Below, piece by piece: positions 1 through 9,456 of a DNA stretch of 64,000 nt. Numbering within the stretch: the first letter of the stretch is position 1; each line of letters opens with the position of its first letter. A model generated the notes under the pieces. That model worked only from the letters and a program-made list of their open reading frames with translations, searched no databases and was not told the DNA's origin. The position numbers were made by a program, and so were the translations under genes. The stretch lies in NCBI GenBank assembly GCA_963703225.1, contig OY969801.1, forward strand, positions 2,656,001 through 2,720,000, given 5' to 3'. The stretch comes from Candidatus Eiseniibacteriota bacterium. Its GTDB lineage: Bacteria > Eisenbacteria > RBG-16-71-46 > SZUA-252.

Positions 1-1463
1 TGGAGGGGGGGAAGCGCCCGATCGTTCTCATCAACAAGATTGACCGCGCCGACGCGCGCCCGATGGAGGTGGAGGAGGAGATCCACGACCTCTTCCTCTC
101 TCTCGCCACCCACGACCACCACCTCGACTTCCCCATCCTCTACGGATCGGGGCGGATCGGTTTCGCTTCCAAGGATCCGGCCGCCGAAAGCGGCGACCTC
201 CGCCCTCTGCTCGACACGATTCTCGAACACGTTCCGGCTCCGGTCGTCGGCGACTCTCCGTTCAAGCTGATCGTCGCCAACATCGACTATTCGGACTACC
301 TGGGCCGGCTCGCGGTGGGACGAATCTTTTCCGGGGTGCTCTCCCGGAGCACCGAACTGGCGGCGATGCGGCCGGACGGCACCACCGTGCAGAAGGGGCG
401 CGCCGGGAAGATCTACCTGTTCGAGGGAATCCAGCGGGTCGAGGTCGCCAACGCCTCGGCGGGCGACATCGTGGTCCTCTCCGGGTTCCCGCAGATCGAG
501 ATCGGCCAGACGATCCTGGATCCCGCCGACCCCACCCCGCTCGACGGGATCCGCGTGGACGAGCCGACGCTCTCCATGGAGCTGCGCGTCAACGACTCTC
601 CGATGTCGGGGCTCTCCGGCAAGTACGTCACGAGCCGCCATCTGCTCGAGCGCCTGGAGAAGGAGCTGGAGCGAAACGTGGGATTGCGGATGGAGCGGAC
701 GCCCGACGCCGACTCGTTGCTGGTGCTGGGCCGCGGGGAGCTATCGCTGGCGATCCTGGCCGAGACGATGCGCCGCGAGGGGTTCGAGTTCTCGTTGGGC
801 CGCCCTCAGGTAATTCTCCGAAGGGGCGAGGACGGCAAGGTCCAGGAGCCCTACGAGGAGCTGGTCATCGACTGCGCGGAGGAGTTCACCGGGGCCGTGA
901 TCGCCGCGATCGGTGAGCGCCGGGGCGAGCTACAGCATCTCGGAAGGCACGGAGACCGGACCCGCATGGAGTTCAGCATTCCCTCCCGCGGCCTTCTCGG
1001 ATTTCGTACGGAGTTCCTCACCCTGACGAAGGGGACCGGTCTTCTGAACCACCTCTTCGACCGATACGGTCCGCACAAGGGATCGCTCCCCAATCGCAAG
1101 CGCGGCGCCATGGTCGCCAAGGAAGCTGGGGACGTGACCGCCTACGCGCTCGACCAGCTGGGCGACCGCGGGCTCTTCTTCGTGAAGCCGATGGAGAAGG
1201 TCTACGCGGGCCAGGTGGTGGGCGAGCAGGTGAAGGACGGTGACCTCGTCGTCCAGGCCTGCCGCAGGAAGCACCTCACGAACATGCGCGCCTCCACGGC
1301 GGACATCGCGGTCAAGCTCCAACCCCCGCGCGAGCTGACCATCGAATCGGCCATCGAGTGGATCAACGACGACGAGCTGGTCGAAGTGACGCCGGCGGCG
1401 ATCCGCGTCCGGAAGCGCACCCTGGACCACACGAGGCGGAAGTCGACCGAGGCGAAGGACTAG
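1..1463 (+). CDS. typA: Translational GTPase TypA/BipA (5' end outside the window)
   Basis: Frame is open from position 3 and includes the G4 motif NKID. Downstream are [51 protein letters not shown] and DDELVEVTP, all typical of BipA. Confidence 0.97.
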   Translation, partial: EGGKRPIVLINKIDRADARPMEVEEEIHDLFLSLATHDHHLDFPILYGSGRIGFASKDPAAESGDLRPLLDTILEHVPAPVVGDSPFKLIVANIDYSDYLGRLAVGRIFSGVLSRSTELAAMRPDGTTVQKGRAGKIYLFEGIQRVEVANASAGDIVVLSGFPQIEIGQTILDPADPTPLDGIRVDEPTLSMELRVNDSPMSGLSGKYVTSRHLLERLEKELERNVGLRMERTPDADSLLVLGRGELSLAILAETMRREGFEFSLGRPQVILRRGEDGKVQEPYEELVIDCAEEFTGAVIAAIGERRGELQHLGRHGDRTRMEFSIPSRGLLGFRTEFLTLTKGTGLLNHLFDRYGPHKGSLPNRKRGAMVAKEAGDVTAYALDQLGDRGLFFVKPMEKVYAGQVVGEQVKDGDLVVQACRRKHLTNMRASTADIAVKLQPPRELTIESAIEWINDDELVEVTPAAIRVRKRTLDHTRRKSTEAKD

Positions 1464-2071
1464 CGCCCCGCGTTGCCCGTCATCGCCGTCGTGCTCGTTT
1501 TGGGACCCCGAAACACCCACCGCAAGAAACGATAGAGCTTGGCCAGCACCCAGACCGAGGCCACGAAGAGCACGATCACGATGCCGAGGGTGACCACCGG
1601 ATGCGCCGCCGCGAGCCACGCGAGCGCGATCGCGAGCCCGTCCTCGAACACGCTGAGCGACCAATTGCTGATCGGCTCCGGGCTCGTGTTCACCGCGGCG
1701 CGCGTCGCGGCCTTGGTCCCGTGCGACGTCAGGGCGATCCCTCCCGCGAGAAGCGCCGCCGCGATCCGCCACGGTTCGGGGACCCCTGCGACCATCGCGA
1801 ACGCCAGAATCGCCGCGGCCGGGGGACGGATGAACGTGTGGATCATGTCCCAGACCGAATCGACGAACGGGATCTTGTCGGCGAAGAATTCCACGACGTA
1901 GAGGAAAAGCGCGAGCCCGATGATGAGCGGGTGCGCCAAGGGCGCCAGGGGCGGGGGCAGCGCGACGACGCCGAAGCGCTCGAGGAGCCCGAGCGTCGCC
2001 ACGGTGGCATAGACGTTGAGCCCGGCCGCGAAGGAGGTGCCGAGGGCGAGACCGATCAGGTCGAGCGACAT
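1460..2071 (-). CDS. DUF4126-family membrane protein
   Basis: [33 protein letters not shown] and [12 protein letters not shown] motifs; several transmembrane helices. Confidence 0.85.
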   Translation of the reverse strand: MSLDLIGLALGTSFAAGLNVYATVATLGLLERFGVVALPPPLAPLAHPLIIGLALFLYVVEFFADKIPFVDSVWDMIHTFIRPPAAAILAFAMVAGVPEPWRIAAALLAGGIALTSHGTKAATRAAVNTSPEPISNWSLSVFEDGLAIALAWLAAAHPVVTLGIVIVLFVASVWVLAKLYRFLRWVFRGPKTSTTAMTGNAGR

Positions 2072-2125
2072 GGGATGAAGGCTCCCGGCGTCCGGCCGCG
2101 TCGGAGCGGCTGTCCGCCCGGCTGG

Positions 2126-2521
2126 TTACGCCTTCGCCTCTCCACGGCGGATGATGGCGAAAGCAATGAGGGCCACGACGAAGAAAACAAGCAGCGCCCA
2201 AGCGACCCCTTGGAGCGTCTGAATCATGGTCCGGTAGACCTCGAGGCCGATGGAGGGGCCGTCCAGGGTCAGCACCCGGGTAGCACCCTGGGGATCGTAG
2301 CGCTCCGGGTGGACGTATTGCTCCAGCTTCCAGATCTGGACTCCGGAGGAAACCCCGACCACGAAGATCGCGAAGAGGAGAAAGCGATGCCAGCCGGAGG
2401 CGATCGCTTCTCCGATGATGCGGTCCAGAATTTGCCGGATGGGGCGGTTGAAGAAGAAGACGACCAGCGCCGAGGTCGCGAGCGCGACCCCGAGGGTCAA
2501 CGCCAGAAGAACGAGAAACAT
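2126..2521 (-). CDS. Hypothetical membrane protein (3 TM)
   Basis: 131-aa ORF with hydrophobic helices; TACACT lies 7 nt upstream of the ATG. Confidence 0.7.
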   Translation of the reverse strand: MFLVLLALTLGVALATSALVVFFFNRPIRQILDRIIGEAIASGWHRFLLFAIFVVGVSSGVQIWKLEQYVHPERYDPQGATRVLTLDGPSIGLEVYRTMIQTLQGVAWALLVFFVVALIAFAIIRRGEAKA

Positions 2522-2604
2522 GCGAAGGAGTGTAGCGCCGAAGGGGGCGAAATGGGCGCAAGAATCGGAGCGCGGTCGACGTGTGGGATCGGTAGGTTCT
2601 GGCC

Positions 2605-3573
2605 ATGAAGGCTACCCCGACCCAGCACTCCCCTACCGCGGGCGCGCCGGACAAGGCCCACTCGCTCAAGCTCGCGGTCGCCTTCGCCTGCGTCTATTTC
2701 ATCTGGGGTTCCACGTTTCTCGGGATCCGCTTCGCCATCGAGACGCTGCCGCCGCTCTGGATGGCCGGGGTGCGGTTCGTGCTCGCGGGGAGCATCCTCT
2801 ACGGTTGGGTCGCGATTCGAGGAGCCGCCGAGCGCCCCACGTCGCGGCAATGGGCCGTGGCCACCCTTCAGGGGGGACTCTTCTTTCTGGGGGGAAATGG
2901 GGCGGTCACCTGGGCGGAGAAACGCGTCCCCTCCGGAATCGCGGCGCTCGTCGTCGCCATGATTCCCCTCTGGATGGTGCTGCTCGAGTGGGCGCGGAAG
3001 GGCGGCACGCGCCCGACCCGAGGTGTCTGGGTGGGTCTCGTACTCGGATTTCTGGGGATCGCGCTCTTGGTCTCCGGAGGGCGGGCGGGAGGCCCGGGAG
3101 GAATCGATGTCCTGGGAGGGATCGCGCTCCTTATATCCGGACTTTCTTGGAGCGTCGGGTCGATCTACACCCGCAACGCGGAGCGCCCAAGCAACCCGCT
3201 CCAGTCGAACGCCATGCAGATGCTCGCGGGCGGCATCCTGCTTCTGCTCGCGGCGTGGGTCAGCGGCGAGTGGGCTCGGCTCGACCTCGACCTCGTGTCG
3301 GTCCGGTCGGTCCTTTCCCTTCTCTATCTGAGCGTGTTCGGCTCGGTGATCGCGTTCTCCGCCTACAGCTGGCTCCTTCACGCCACGACGCCGGCGCAGG
3401 TATCGACCTATGCCTTCGTCAACCCGATGGTGGCGGTCTTCCTGGGGTGGGCGCTCGCGGGCGAGGTGGTCACGTCCCGCACGCTGGTCGCGGCGGCCGT
3501 CATCGTCGCGGCGGTCGCGATCATCGTCCTCCAGCGCGCCCGCTCCCCGCGAGCCAGCGTGACGTCCCGATAG
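2605..3573 (+). CDS. EamA/DMT family transporter (YedA-like)
   Basis: VYFIWGSTFLGIR, PSGIAALVVA and STYAFVNPMVAVFLG motifs; 10 TM helices. Confidence 0.92.
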   Translation: MKATPTQHSPTAGAPDKAHSLKLAVAFACVYFIWGSTFLGIRFAIETLPPLWMAGVRFVLAGSILYGWVAIRGAAERPTSRQWAVATLQGGLFFLGGNGAVTWAEKRVPSGIAALVVAMIPLWMVLLEWARKGGTRPTRGVWVGLVLGFLGIALLVSGGRAGGPGGIDVLGGIALLISGLSWSVGSIYTRNAERPSNPLQSNAMQMLAGGILLLLAAWVSGEWARLDLDLVSVRSVLSLLYLSVFGSVIAFSAYSWLLHATTPAQVSTYAFVNPMVAVFLGWALAGEVVTSRTLVAAAVIVAAVAIIVLQRARSPRASVTSR

Positions 3574-3640
3574 GTTCGTGGGGTCGCGGCTCGGGGCGGG
3601 GGGTGTCGCGGCTCGGGGGACCTGTTGATATACTTCTCGG

Positions 3641-4033
3641 ATGAGCACGGTACCCAAAGATCCCATGAGGAAGTCCCCTCTCTTTCGACGGGTTGGCCTC
3701 CGACGCTGGGCACCCCTCGCGTTCGCGCTCTTGCTCGCGGCCGCGGCGGGATGCAAGGGCGCGATCCCGATCCAGGAGCTCCTCTCGAATGCATCGGGCT
3801 GCGACGGCCAAACGGTTCAGGTGGCGGGCGAGGTCAAGAGCGCGGCCGGCGTCCTCGGTCACGGCGTCTACCAGGTGGACGATGGTACCGGGACCATCAC
3901 GGTGGTCACCGAGAAGGGCGGCGTGCCGGTCCAGGGATCCAAGGTCGGGGTGCGCGGGACGTTTCACTCCGCCTTCACGGTCGGAACCGATGTCGTCGCG
4001 GTGATTGTGGAAAGCGAACGACAGACACGTTGA
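3641..4033 (+). CDS. Hypothetical lipoprotein with OB-fold-like domain
   Basis: Lipobox AAAGC; GQTVQVAGEV...YQVDDGTGTITVV...GSKVGVRG resembles bacterial OB-fold proteins. Confidence 0.65.
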   Translation: MSTVPKDPMRKSPLFRRVGLRRWAPLAFALLLAAAAGCKGAIPIQELLSNASGCDGQTVQVAGEVKSAAGVLGHGVYQVDDGTGTITVVTEKGGVPVQGSKVGVRGTFHSAFTVGTDVVAVIVESERQTR

Positions 4034-4096
4034 GCCGGCGGGCGGGCGCCGACGCGCCGGCCCCAAACCATTCCATAGAGGTGTGCATGGCAGCCC

Positions 4097-4222
4097 CAGC
4101 TCACCGACCCCTTCGGCCATGAATGGGCGATCGCGACGCACACCCGCGACCTCGCCCCGGAGCAGATCAAGAAAGGGGCTGAGGAGTTCTTCGCCCAGAT
4201 GGGCAGCGCCAAAGTCGGCTGA
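4097..4222 (+). pseudogene. 3' remnant of a VOC/glyoxalase (PhnB-like) gene
   Basis: My translation is QLTDPFGHEWAIATHTRDLAPEQIKKGAEEFFAQMGSAKVG*, a typical PhnB-like C-terminus. There is an in-frame TAG at 4076 and no in-frame start. Confidence 0.7.
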
Positions 4223-4294
4223 GAGCGGCGCGCGGCGCCGTCGTCCGGAAAACGGAGGGGGTGGGACAGCGTCCCACCCCCGATCCGTTTCACT

Positions 4295-6574
4295 TCATTT
4301 CGCGATGGTGATCCGGGTAGTGACCGGTCCGTCCGGGCCTGAGATCCGGAGAAAGTAGACCCCGGAGGAGAGCGTCGCGCCGTGGTCGCCGCGCGCGTCG
4401 ATCACCACGTCGTGGCTGCCGGCGTCCATCATCTCGTCGCGAATCAGGGTCTTCACGAGCCTCCCGCCGATGCTGAAGACCTCGGCGCGCACGCGGCCAC
4501 GCTTGGACGTCCCGAATGTGACGGTCGCCTGCGGGTTGAACGGATTGGGACGGACGATCGCGGCGAAGCGGCCTCCCGCCGGAATGACCTGTACCCTCAC
4601 CGTCGCCCGATAGAGTCCGTGTTGCCACAGCGTTCCCTCCAGCTCGAGGGTCGCCGGCGCTGGCCGATCGATGTGCCCGAGCAGCTCGCGCAGATCCTCG
4701 GTCCGGAAAGTCGCGCTCAGCTCTTCCACGCCGTTTCCGTCCTGATCTCCACCCGGGGTCAGACGACCCGATGGGTGGATCGCGTAGGTCGCATTCGGCC
4801 CGTCGCATCGAAGGACGACCTGGTTGACATCGACGTCATCCAGGCGAAACGAACCGTCCACCGGCTCGATCTGGAGCACCACACCCGCGCCCGTGGCGCT
4901 GAGGCCGATGCTTTGCGCTCCGCTCCGAAGAAACGCGCGGGCGGCATCGAGCCCGCCCGGCGCCGAGACCGTGACCGTGGTGCTGGCGGACACGTCATAG
5001 ATGCCGTCGGTGACGGCAAGGGTCGCCGTGTAGATGCCCGGCTCAGCGTAGGAGTGGCTTCGCACGGAACCGTGACCGTACGAGATATCTCCGAAGCTCC
5101 ACCAAAAGACGAGCGAATCGCCGTCGGGATCCGTCGTGCCCCGACCATCCAGCTCGACGGCCTCCCCGGCCACCGCCCGATAAGGCCCGCCGGTGCTCAC
5201 CACAGGCGGGCTCCCGGGTGGCACCGTAATCGACGCGGTCGCGGCGCTGGAGGTGGTGAACGTCCCGTCACTCACCTCGAGGATCACCTCGTAGTCTCCC
5301 GCCTCCGCGTAGGTATGAGAGGGGGAAGGCCCGAGTCCCTCTCCCACATCTCCGAACCACCAGTGGTAGTGAAGCGGTTGACCCTCCGGGTCGTATGAGC
5401 CGGTGCCGTTCAGCGCGAGCGGTATGCCCACAAAGCCCTGGTAGGGCCCCCCGGCGTTCGCGATCGGTGGGGTCTGCGGGCCAGAGCTGATGGTCGCCGT
5501 CGTGAGGTCGGCGACGGTGAAATGGCCGTCGTACACCGAGAGCTTCACGGCATACGTCCCGGGGCTATTGTATGTGTGCCAGGCATAGCTCCCGGTTGCC
5601 CACGCTCCGTCGCCAAAGTCCCAGGTGTAGCCGAGCCGATCCCCGTTCGCGTCCGAGGATCCCCTGCCGTCGAAGAACAGGGACAGGTGTACGAATCCCG
5701 AATAGGGTCCTCCCGCCCGGGCTACAGGCGGCGTCTGCTCGATGATCTTCGCGGTCGTCCAGGTGGAATGGCCGACCTCACCGTCGGTCACGGTGAGCGA
5801 TACGGTGTACTCGCCGGTCGCCGCGTAGGTGTGGGTCGGCGTCGCCCCTGTCCCGGTCCCGCCATCGCCGAAATCCCAGGCGTAGCTGATCGAGCGTCCC
5901 GATCGATTCAGGGTCAAGAGCGCGCTGAAGGCCATCTCCACGGTGGCGACCCCGAGATAGGGACCGCCCGCGTCCGCCACGAGGTCGTCGGCGATGCCGT
6001 CAGTGTCCTGCCAGTCGAGCCCGAGCTTGTAAGTGTTGTCGTCTTCCTTGGCAGAACACTGGGTGCCGAACGAGGTCAGATCGGTCGGCTGTGAGGGATT
6101 GAACGGCTCGAAGACGATCGCCGGACTCCCGGTCAGCGCGTGGACCTGAAGCCGCGCCACCCGATACCGGCCGGGATCACGGATGTAGAAGCCACCCCAA
6201 CCGTTGTGATACCAGCGCGGATCGGTGGTGTCCCCGGGATCGGAAAAGTGGCCGGGGTTTGGGGAGACCGGGAAGACGTTGTCGAGCGGCCCCCATTGGA
6301 CCGTGCCCCCCAGCGCGTGGAGCACGATCTCCCACGAGGCGATCGACAGGCGGGTGGTAGGGTCCACGTCGCACGTCGCCGGCGACCCATCCCGGTTCGA
6401 GTCCGTGTCGACCCAGATGTCGAGCATCGTCGTCCCGCTCGGGTCGAGCCGGTCGGAGGCGTCGTTGACGCCGTCCCCGTTCGCGTCGAGGTACATGTAC
6501 TGGGCGTTGGCAGGATTCGCGACGATGGCCAGAAGGAGGAAGACGACCGCACGGAGGCGCCCCGTTCCACTCAT
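4295..6574 (-). CDS. Secreted PKD-repeat protein with C-terminal FlgD-Ig-like domain
   Basis: Signal peptide ending ANA; four (A)GGPY...WxFGD...HTY...Y-V-L-VxDG PKD repeats; DANGDG and DQDGNG Ca-binding-like motifs; C-terminal PNPFNP...GRLVKTL...SSGVYFLR. Confidence 0.88.
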   Translation of the reverse strand: MSGTGRLRAVVFLLLAIVANPANAQYMYLDANGDGVNDASDRLDPSGTTMLDIWVDTDSNRDGSPATCDVDPTTRLSIASWEIVLHALGGTVQWGPLDNVFPVSPNPGHFSDPGDTTDPRWYHNGWGGFYIRDPGRYRVARLQVHALTGSPAIVFEPFNPSQPTDLTSFGTQCSAKEDDNTYKLGLDWQDTDGIADDLVADAGGPYLGVATVEMAFSALLTLNRSGRSISYAWDFGDGGTGTGATPTHTYAATGEYTVSLTVTDGEVGHSTWTTAKIIEQTPPVARAGGPYSGFVHLSLFFDGRGSSDANGDRLGYTWDFGDGAWATGSYAWHTYNSPGTYAVKLSVYDGHFTVADLTTATISSGPQTPPIANAGGPYQGFVGIPLALNGTGSYDPEGQPLHYHWWFGDVGEGLGPSPSHTYAEAGDYEVILEVSDGTFTTSSAATASITVPPGSPPVVSTGGPYRAVAGEAVELDGRGTTDPDGDSLVFWWSFGDISYGHGSVRSHSYAEPGIYTATLAVTDGIYDVSASTTVTVSAPGGLDAARAFLRSGAQSIGLSATGAGVVLQIEPVDGSFRLDDVDVNQVVLRCDGPNATYAIHPSGRLTPGGDQDGNGVEELSATFRTEDLRELLGHIDRPAPATLELEGTLWQHGLYRATVRVQVIPAGGRFAAIVRPNPFNPQATVTFGTSKRGRVRAEVFSIGGRLVKTLIRDEMMDAGSHDVVIDARGDHGATLSSGVYFLRISGPDGPVTTRITIAK

Positions 6575-6714
6575 GGGCTCACCAACCTCTCGCGCGCGGG
6601 TCAGAACGATCGTCGCCGCGCGCTAGTATGCACCGGCCGAGGACTGAAAGCAGGGGAAGGAGGACTTTGGAGTCGGGTGGTACCACGCGCCGCTCCGCGA
6701 CGCGCGTAAAGAAA

Positions 6715-6744
6715 AGGCTAGTCCCCCGCCGTTCCGGCTGTCAA
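6715..6744 (-). promoter_or_regulatory. Putative sigma70 promoter of the PKD gene
   Basis: Minus strand reads TTGACA-N18-TAGCCT, about 140 nt upstream of the ATG at 6574. Confidence 0.55.
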
Positions 6745-6773
6745 GCGGCGACTTCTCTGATATACAGGGCTGC

Positions 6774-7661
6774 GTGAGCTCCCAAGCGAGGGCGCGATTT
6801 CTGATATTGGCCGCCGCTCTTCTCTTCTCGATCGGCGGGGCCGGCATCAAGGCATGCGCCCTGACGAGCTGGCAGATTGCCGGCTTCCGCTCGGGCGTGG
6901 CCGCGATCACGATCTTGATCCTCCTTCCCGAATGCCGCCGGGGTTGGACGTGGCACTCGGTCTTGGTGGGCACGTCCTACGCCGTCACGATGGTTCTATT
7001 TGTCTTGGCGAACAAGCTCACCACGTCCGCCAACACGATCTTTCTGCAGTCTGCCGCACCGCTCTACGTCCTCTTGCTGGGGCCCTGGATCCTGGGCGAG
7101 CGAAACCGCGGATCCGACCTCCTCGTGATGGCGATGGTGGTCCTCGGACTCAGCCTCTTCTTCGTCGGGAATGAAGCTCCCGTCCGGACGGCGCCCGCGC
7201 CGCTCCAGGGAAACATCCTGGCGACGGTTTGCGGTCTCACCTGGGCCCTCACGATCATGGGGATGCGATGGCTGGGGCGCGAGGAGGACGCGGGGCGCGG
7301 CTCCGCGGCTCCTGCCGTCGTGATCGGAAACCTGATCGCGCTCGCCATCTCGCTGCCGTTCGCGCTCCCGGTGACCCACGCGCGGCCGCTCGACGTGGCG
7401 ATCGTGATCGGGCTGGGCACCGTCCAGATCGGGCTCGCCTATCTCTTCCTGACGCGGGCGTTGCGGCTCGTCCCGGCATTCGAGGCGATGATCCTGCTCC
7501 TGCTGGAGCCGGCTCTCAACCCGATCTGGGCTTGGCTCATTCACGGCGAGCGGCCTGGAGCGTGGCCGATCGTGGGAGGGGCGTTGATCCTCGGCGCGAC
7601 CGGGCTCAAGACGTGGCGGGATTCTCGCGATTCCCGAGGTACCGAACCACGAGGAGCGTGA
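6774..7661 (+). CDS. EamA/DMT family transporter
   Basis: ANKLTTSANTIFLQSAAP and LLEPALNPIWAWLIHGERP motifs; 10 TM helices. Confidence 0.9.
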   Translation: MSSQARARFLILAAALLFSIGGAGIKACALTSWQIAGFRSGVAAITILILLPECRRGWTWHSVLVGTSYAVTMVLFVLANKLTTSANTIFLQSAAPLYVLLLGPWILGERNRGSDLLVMAMVVLGLSLFFVGNEAPVRTAPAPLQGNILATVCGLTWALTIMGMRWLGREEDAGRGSAAPAVVIGNLIALAISLPFALPVTHARPLDVAIVIGLGTVQIGLAYLFLTRALRLVPAFEAMILLLLEPALNPIWAWLIHGERPGAWPIVGGALILGATGLKTWRDSRDSRGTEPRGA

Positions 7662-8832
7662 TGTCGTCGGCGGGAGGCCGATCGGCCACGAACTCGCGCG
7701 TGGCGCGAAGCACCTGATCCAGAATCTGCTCCGGATCCAGCCGGGCGGCACCGCGGGTGAGAATCGAGTGGAGCCGATCCTCGCCGAACTGCTCCCCGCT
7801 CGGGCTCTCCGCGTCCGACACGCCGTCGCTGTAGAGCACGAGCGTGTCGCCGGGGTCGAGCGCGTGCGTCTCCTCCTCGTAGGTCGCGGTCTCAAACGCG
7901 CCGACAATGAGCCCCCCTCGGGTGAGCCGCCGGACGCCGCCGTCGCCTCCGATGAGGAAGGCGGGATTGTGCCCCGCGCTGCACGAGATCAGTCTCCCTT
8001 CGGGCGAGAGCACCATGTAGGCGATGGTGGCGAAACGCGATTCGATCCCCCGGCGGCACAGGGCCTGGTTGACGCGATGGATCGTCGCGGCGGGGCCGTC
8101 GTCGTCCCCCATGTGGGTCGCGAAGATACCCTGCACGAGAGACGCCAGGATGGCGGCGGGAGGCCCCTTTCCCGCGACGTCGCCCAGCGCGAAGCCGAGC
8201 CGCCCTCCCGGAAGATCGAAGTACTCGAAGAAGTCGCCGCCGATCGTCCGGCATGGGATCGAGGCGGCCGCCGCCGCGTAGGTCCTGCCGGCGCGGATCC
8301 GGGGCGGCAGAAGCGCCTGTTGGATCTCCGCCGCGATCTTCAGTTCCTGCTCCTCGCGCGTCCTCGACTCCGCCTCCTCTCGAATCCGCGTCACCATGAG
8401 ACGCTTCATGCGCGTGGCGTAGATCACGCCGAGAAAAAGCCCGGCGAAGATCGCCGAAAAGAAGAGCAGCAGCACCACCTCGCGCTCCGTGCCGAACGTG
8501 CCGGGCGCGATGGTGTAGTGCAGGAGGACCCCGGCGGCCACGCTCCCGAGTATCGCGGCCAGTCCGAAGCTCGCGATCTGGAGGGGGTGTGGCGGGCCCA
8601 TCCGCGGGTGGTCGGGAGGGATCACGCGCGGCGCGACCCACTTTCGATTCGCCTCGATGAAGACCGAAATGAGAAACGAGAAGAAAAGGGACGCAATGTA
8701 GTACTCGCCGACCGTCGCGATCCCCTCGCCTCGGAGATAGCTGAAGAAGATCGCGAAGGGAGCCGCGAAGAGGACCGGGCGGAGGAAGAACCGCCACAGG
8801 AGCCCCGATCGGTTAGGGAGGAGGCGCGGCAT
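7606..8832 (-). CDS. Membrane-anchored PP2C/SpoIIE (RsbU-like) serine phosphatase
   Basis: N-terminal TM helices, then AAEIQQALLP, GGDFFE, GDVAGKG, AGHNP, LYSDGVSDA and DDITLLVVR. Confidence 0.93.
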   Translation of the reverse strand: MPRLLPNRSGLLWRFFLRPVLFAAPFAIFFSYLRGEGIATVGEYYIASLFFSFLISVFIEANRKWVAPRVIPPDHPRMGPPHPLQIASFGLAAILGSVAAGVLLHYTIAPGTFGTEREVVLLLFFSAIFAGLFLGVIYATRMKRLMVTRIREEAESRTREEQELKIAAEIQQALLPPRIRAGRTYAAAAASIPCRTIGGDFFEYFDLPGGRLGFALGDVAGKGPPAAILASLVQGIFATHMGDDDGPAATIHRVNQALCRRGIESRFATIAYMVLSPEGRLISCSAGHNPAFLIGGDGGVRRLTRGGLIVGAFETATYEEETHALDPGDTLVLYSDGVSDAESPSGEQFGEDRLHSILTRGAARLDPEQILDQVLRATREFVADRPPADDITLLVVRYLGNRENPATS

Positions 8833-8847
8833 CGACGTCGATCGCGG

Positions 8848-9027
8848 CTAACACGGACCGCCGAGCTGAAACTCCTCGGCCATCACCAGGCGCGCCGGCC
8901 TCCAGTCGCTGGGAAACTCCGCGCTGCCTACCCGATACTTCCGCACGCCCAGCATCTGCGGCGCTTCCATGACGTGTGGAATATGGACCCGGTTGTGCCA
9001 CTCGTTCCACTCCCCGAGGCATCGCGA
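8848..9027 (-). pseudogene. Internally deleted remnant of an EthD/DUF4286-like dimeric alpha-beta barrel gene
   Basis: The frame after the SCP2 stop reads LGEWNEWHNRVHIPHVMEAPQMLGVRKYRVG...ARLVMAEEF. WxxWxxxxHIP is the family signature. The ORF is only about 59 aa, and the nearest upstream ATG (ATGA overlap) is out of frame. Confidence 0.55.
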
Positions 9028-9453
9028 TCATGCCTTGGGAAACTCCGTCGGGACGGAGGCGGTGCAGTGGATGAGCGCGCGGTTGGCTCCGGCGTGCTTC
9101 AAGAGCGTCAGCTTCTCTCCCTCGACGCGCATTTTCCCAGTCAAGATCGCGGTCGCGGCGAGCGTTTTCCTCTCGAGGATCTCTCTCCAGAGGGAGAAGG
9201 GAGCGCGCAACGCGAAGCCGGCGTCCTGCTGGACAGGACCCGGGACAAACTCCGCCGCCGCGCAGCGCCCCTCGCCCAGCCTGAGGAACAGGTAGAGCGG
9301 CTTCCCAAGGGCGGCGTCCGCCTCGAACGCGAAGAGCAGGTTGCCGTTGAATCCGACGCCCCACTTCGCGGCGGCGTTTCGGTACTCGCTCGATCGATTG
9401 AGCTCGTCTCGAAGTGCTTCCCCCCACTCCGCGGTTCCGAATTTCACGGCCAC
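9028..9453 (-). CDS. SCP2 sterol/lipid-binding domain protein
   Basis: FGTAEW-EAL--ELN---EY--AAAKW and AILTGKMRVEG match the SCP2 pattern. Confidence 0.85.
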   Translation of the reverse strand: MAVKFGTAEWGEALRDELNRSSEYRNAAAKWGVGFNGNLLFAFEADAALGKPLYLFLRLGEGRCAAAEFVPGPVQQDAGFALRAPFSLWREILERKTLAATAILTGKMRVEGEKLTLLKHAGANRALIHCTASVPTEFPKA

Positions 9454-9456
9454 CGC

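Noticed and set aside
4960..5980. Repeated sequence blocks as a CRISPR array or mobile repeat
   Set aside because: They are degenerate in-frame PKD domain repeats, with no identical direct repeats separated by spacers.
6675..6687. GGGTGGTACCACG resembles the T-box riboswitch consensus, upstream of an EamA transporter
   Set aside because: I found no stem I motifs, antiterminator partner or terminator, and the region carries an opposite-strand promoter. An Infernal T-box search would settle it.
9025..9031. In-frame TGA between SCP2 and the EthD-like sequence as selenocysteine or read-through
   Set aside because: SCP2 is complete at the stop, no SECIS-like hairpin is evident, and the ATGA overlap points to a separate, internally deleted gene.
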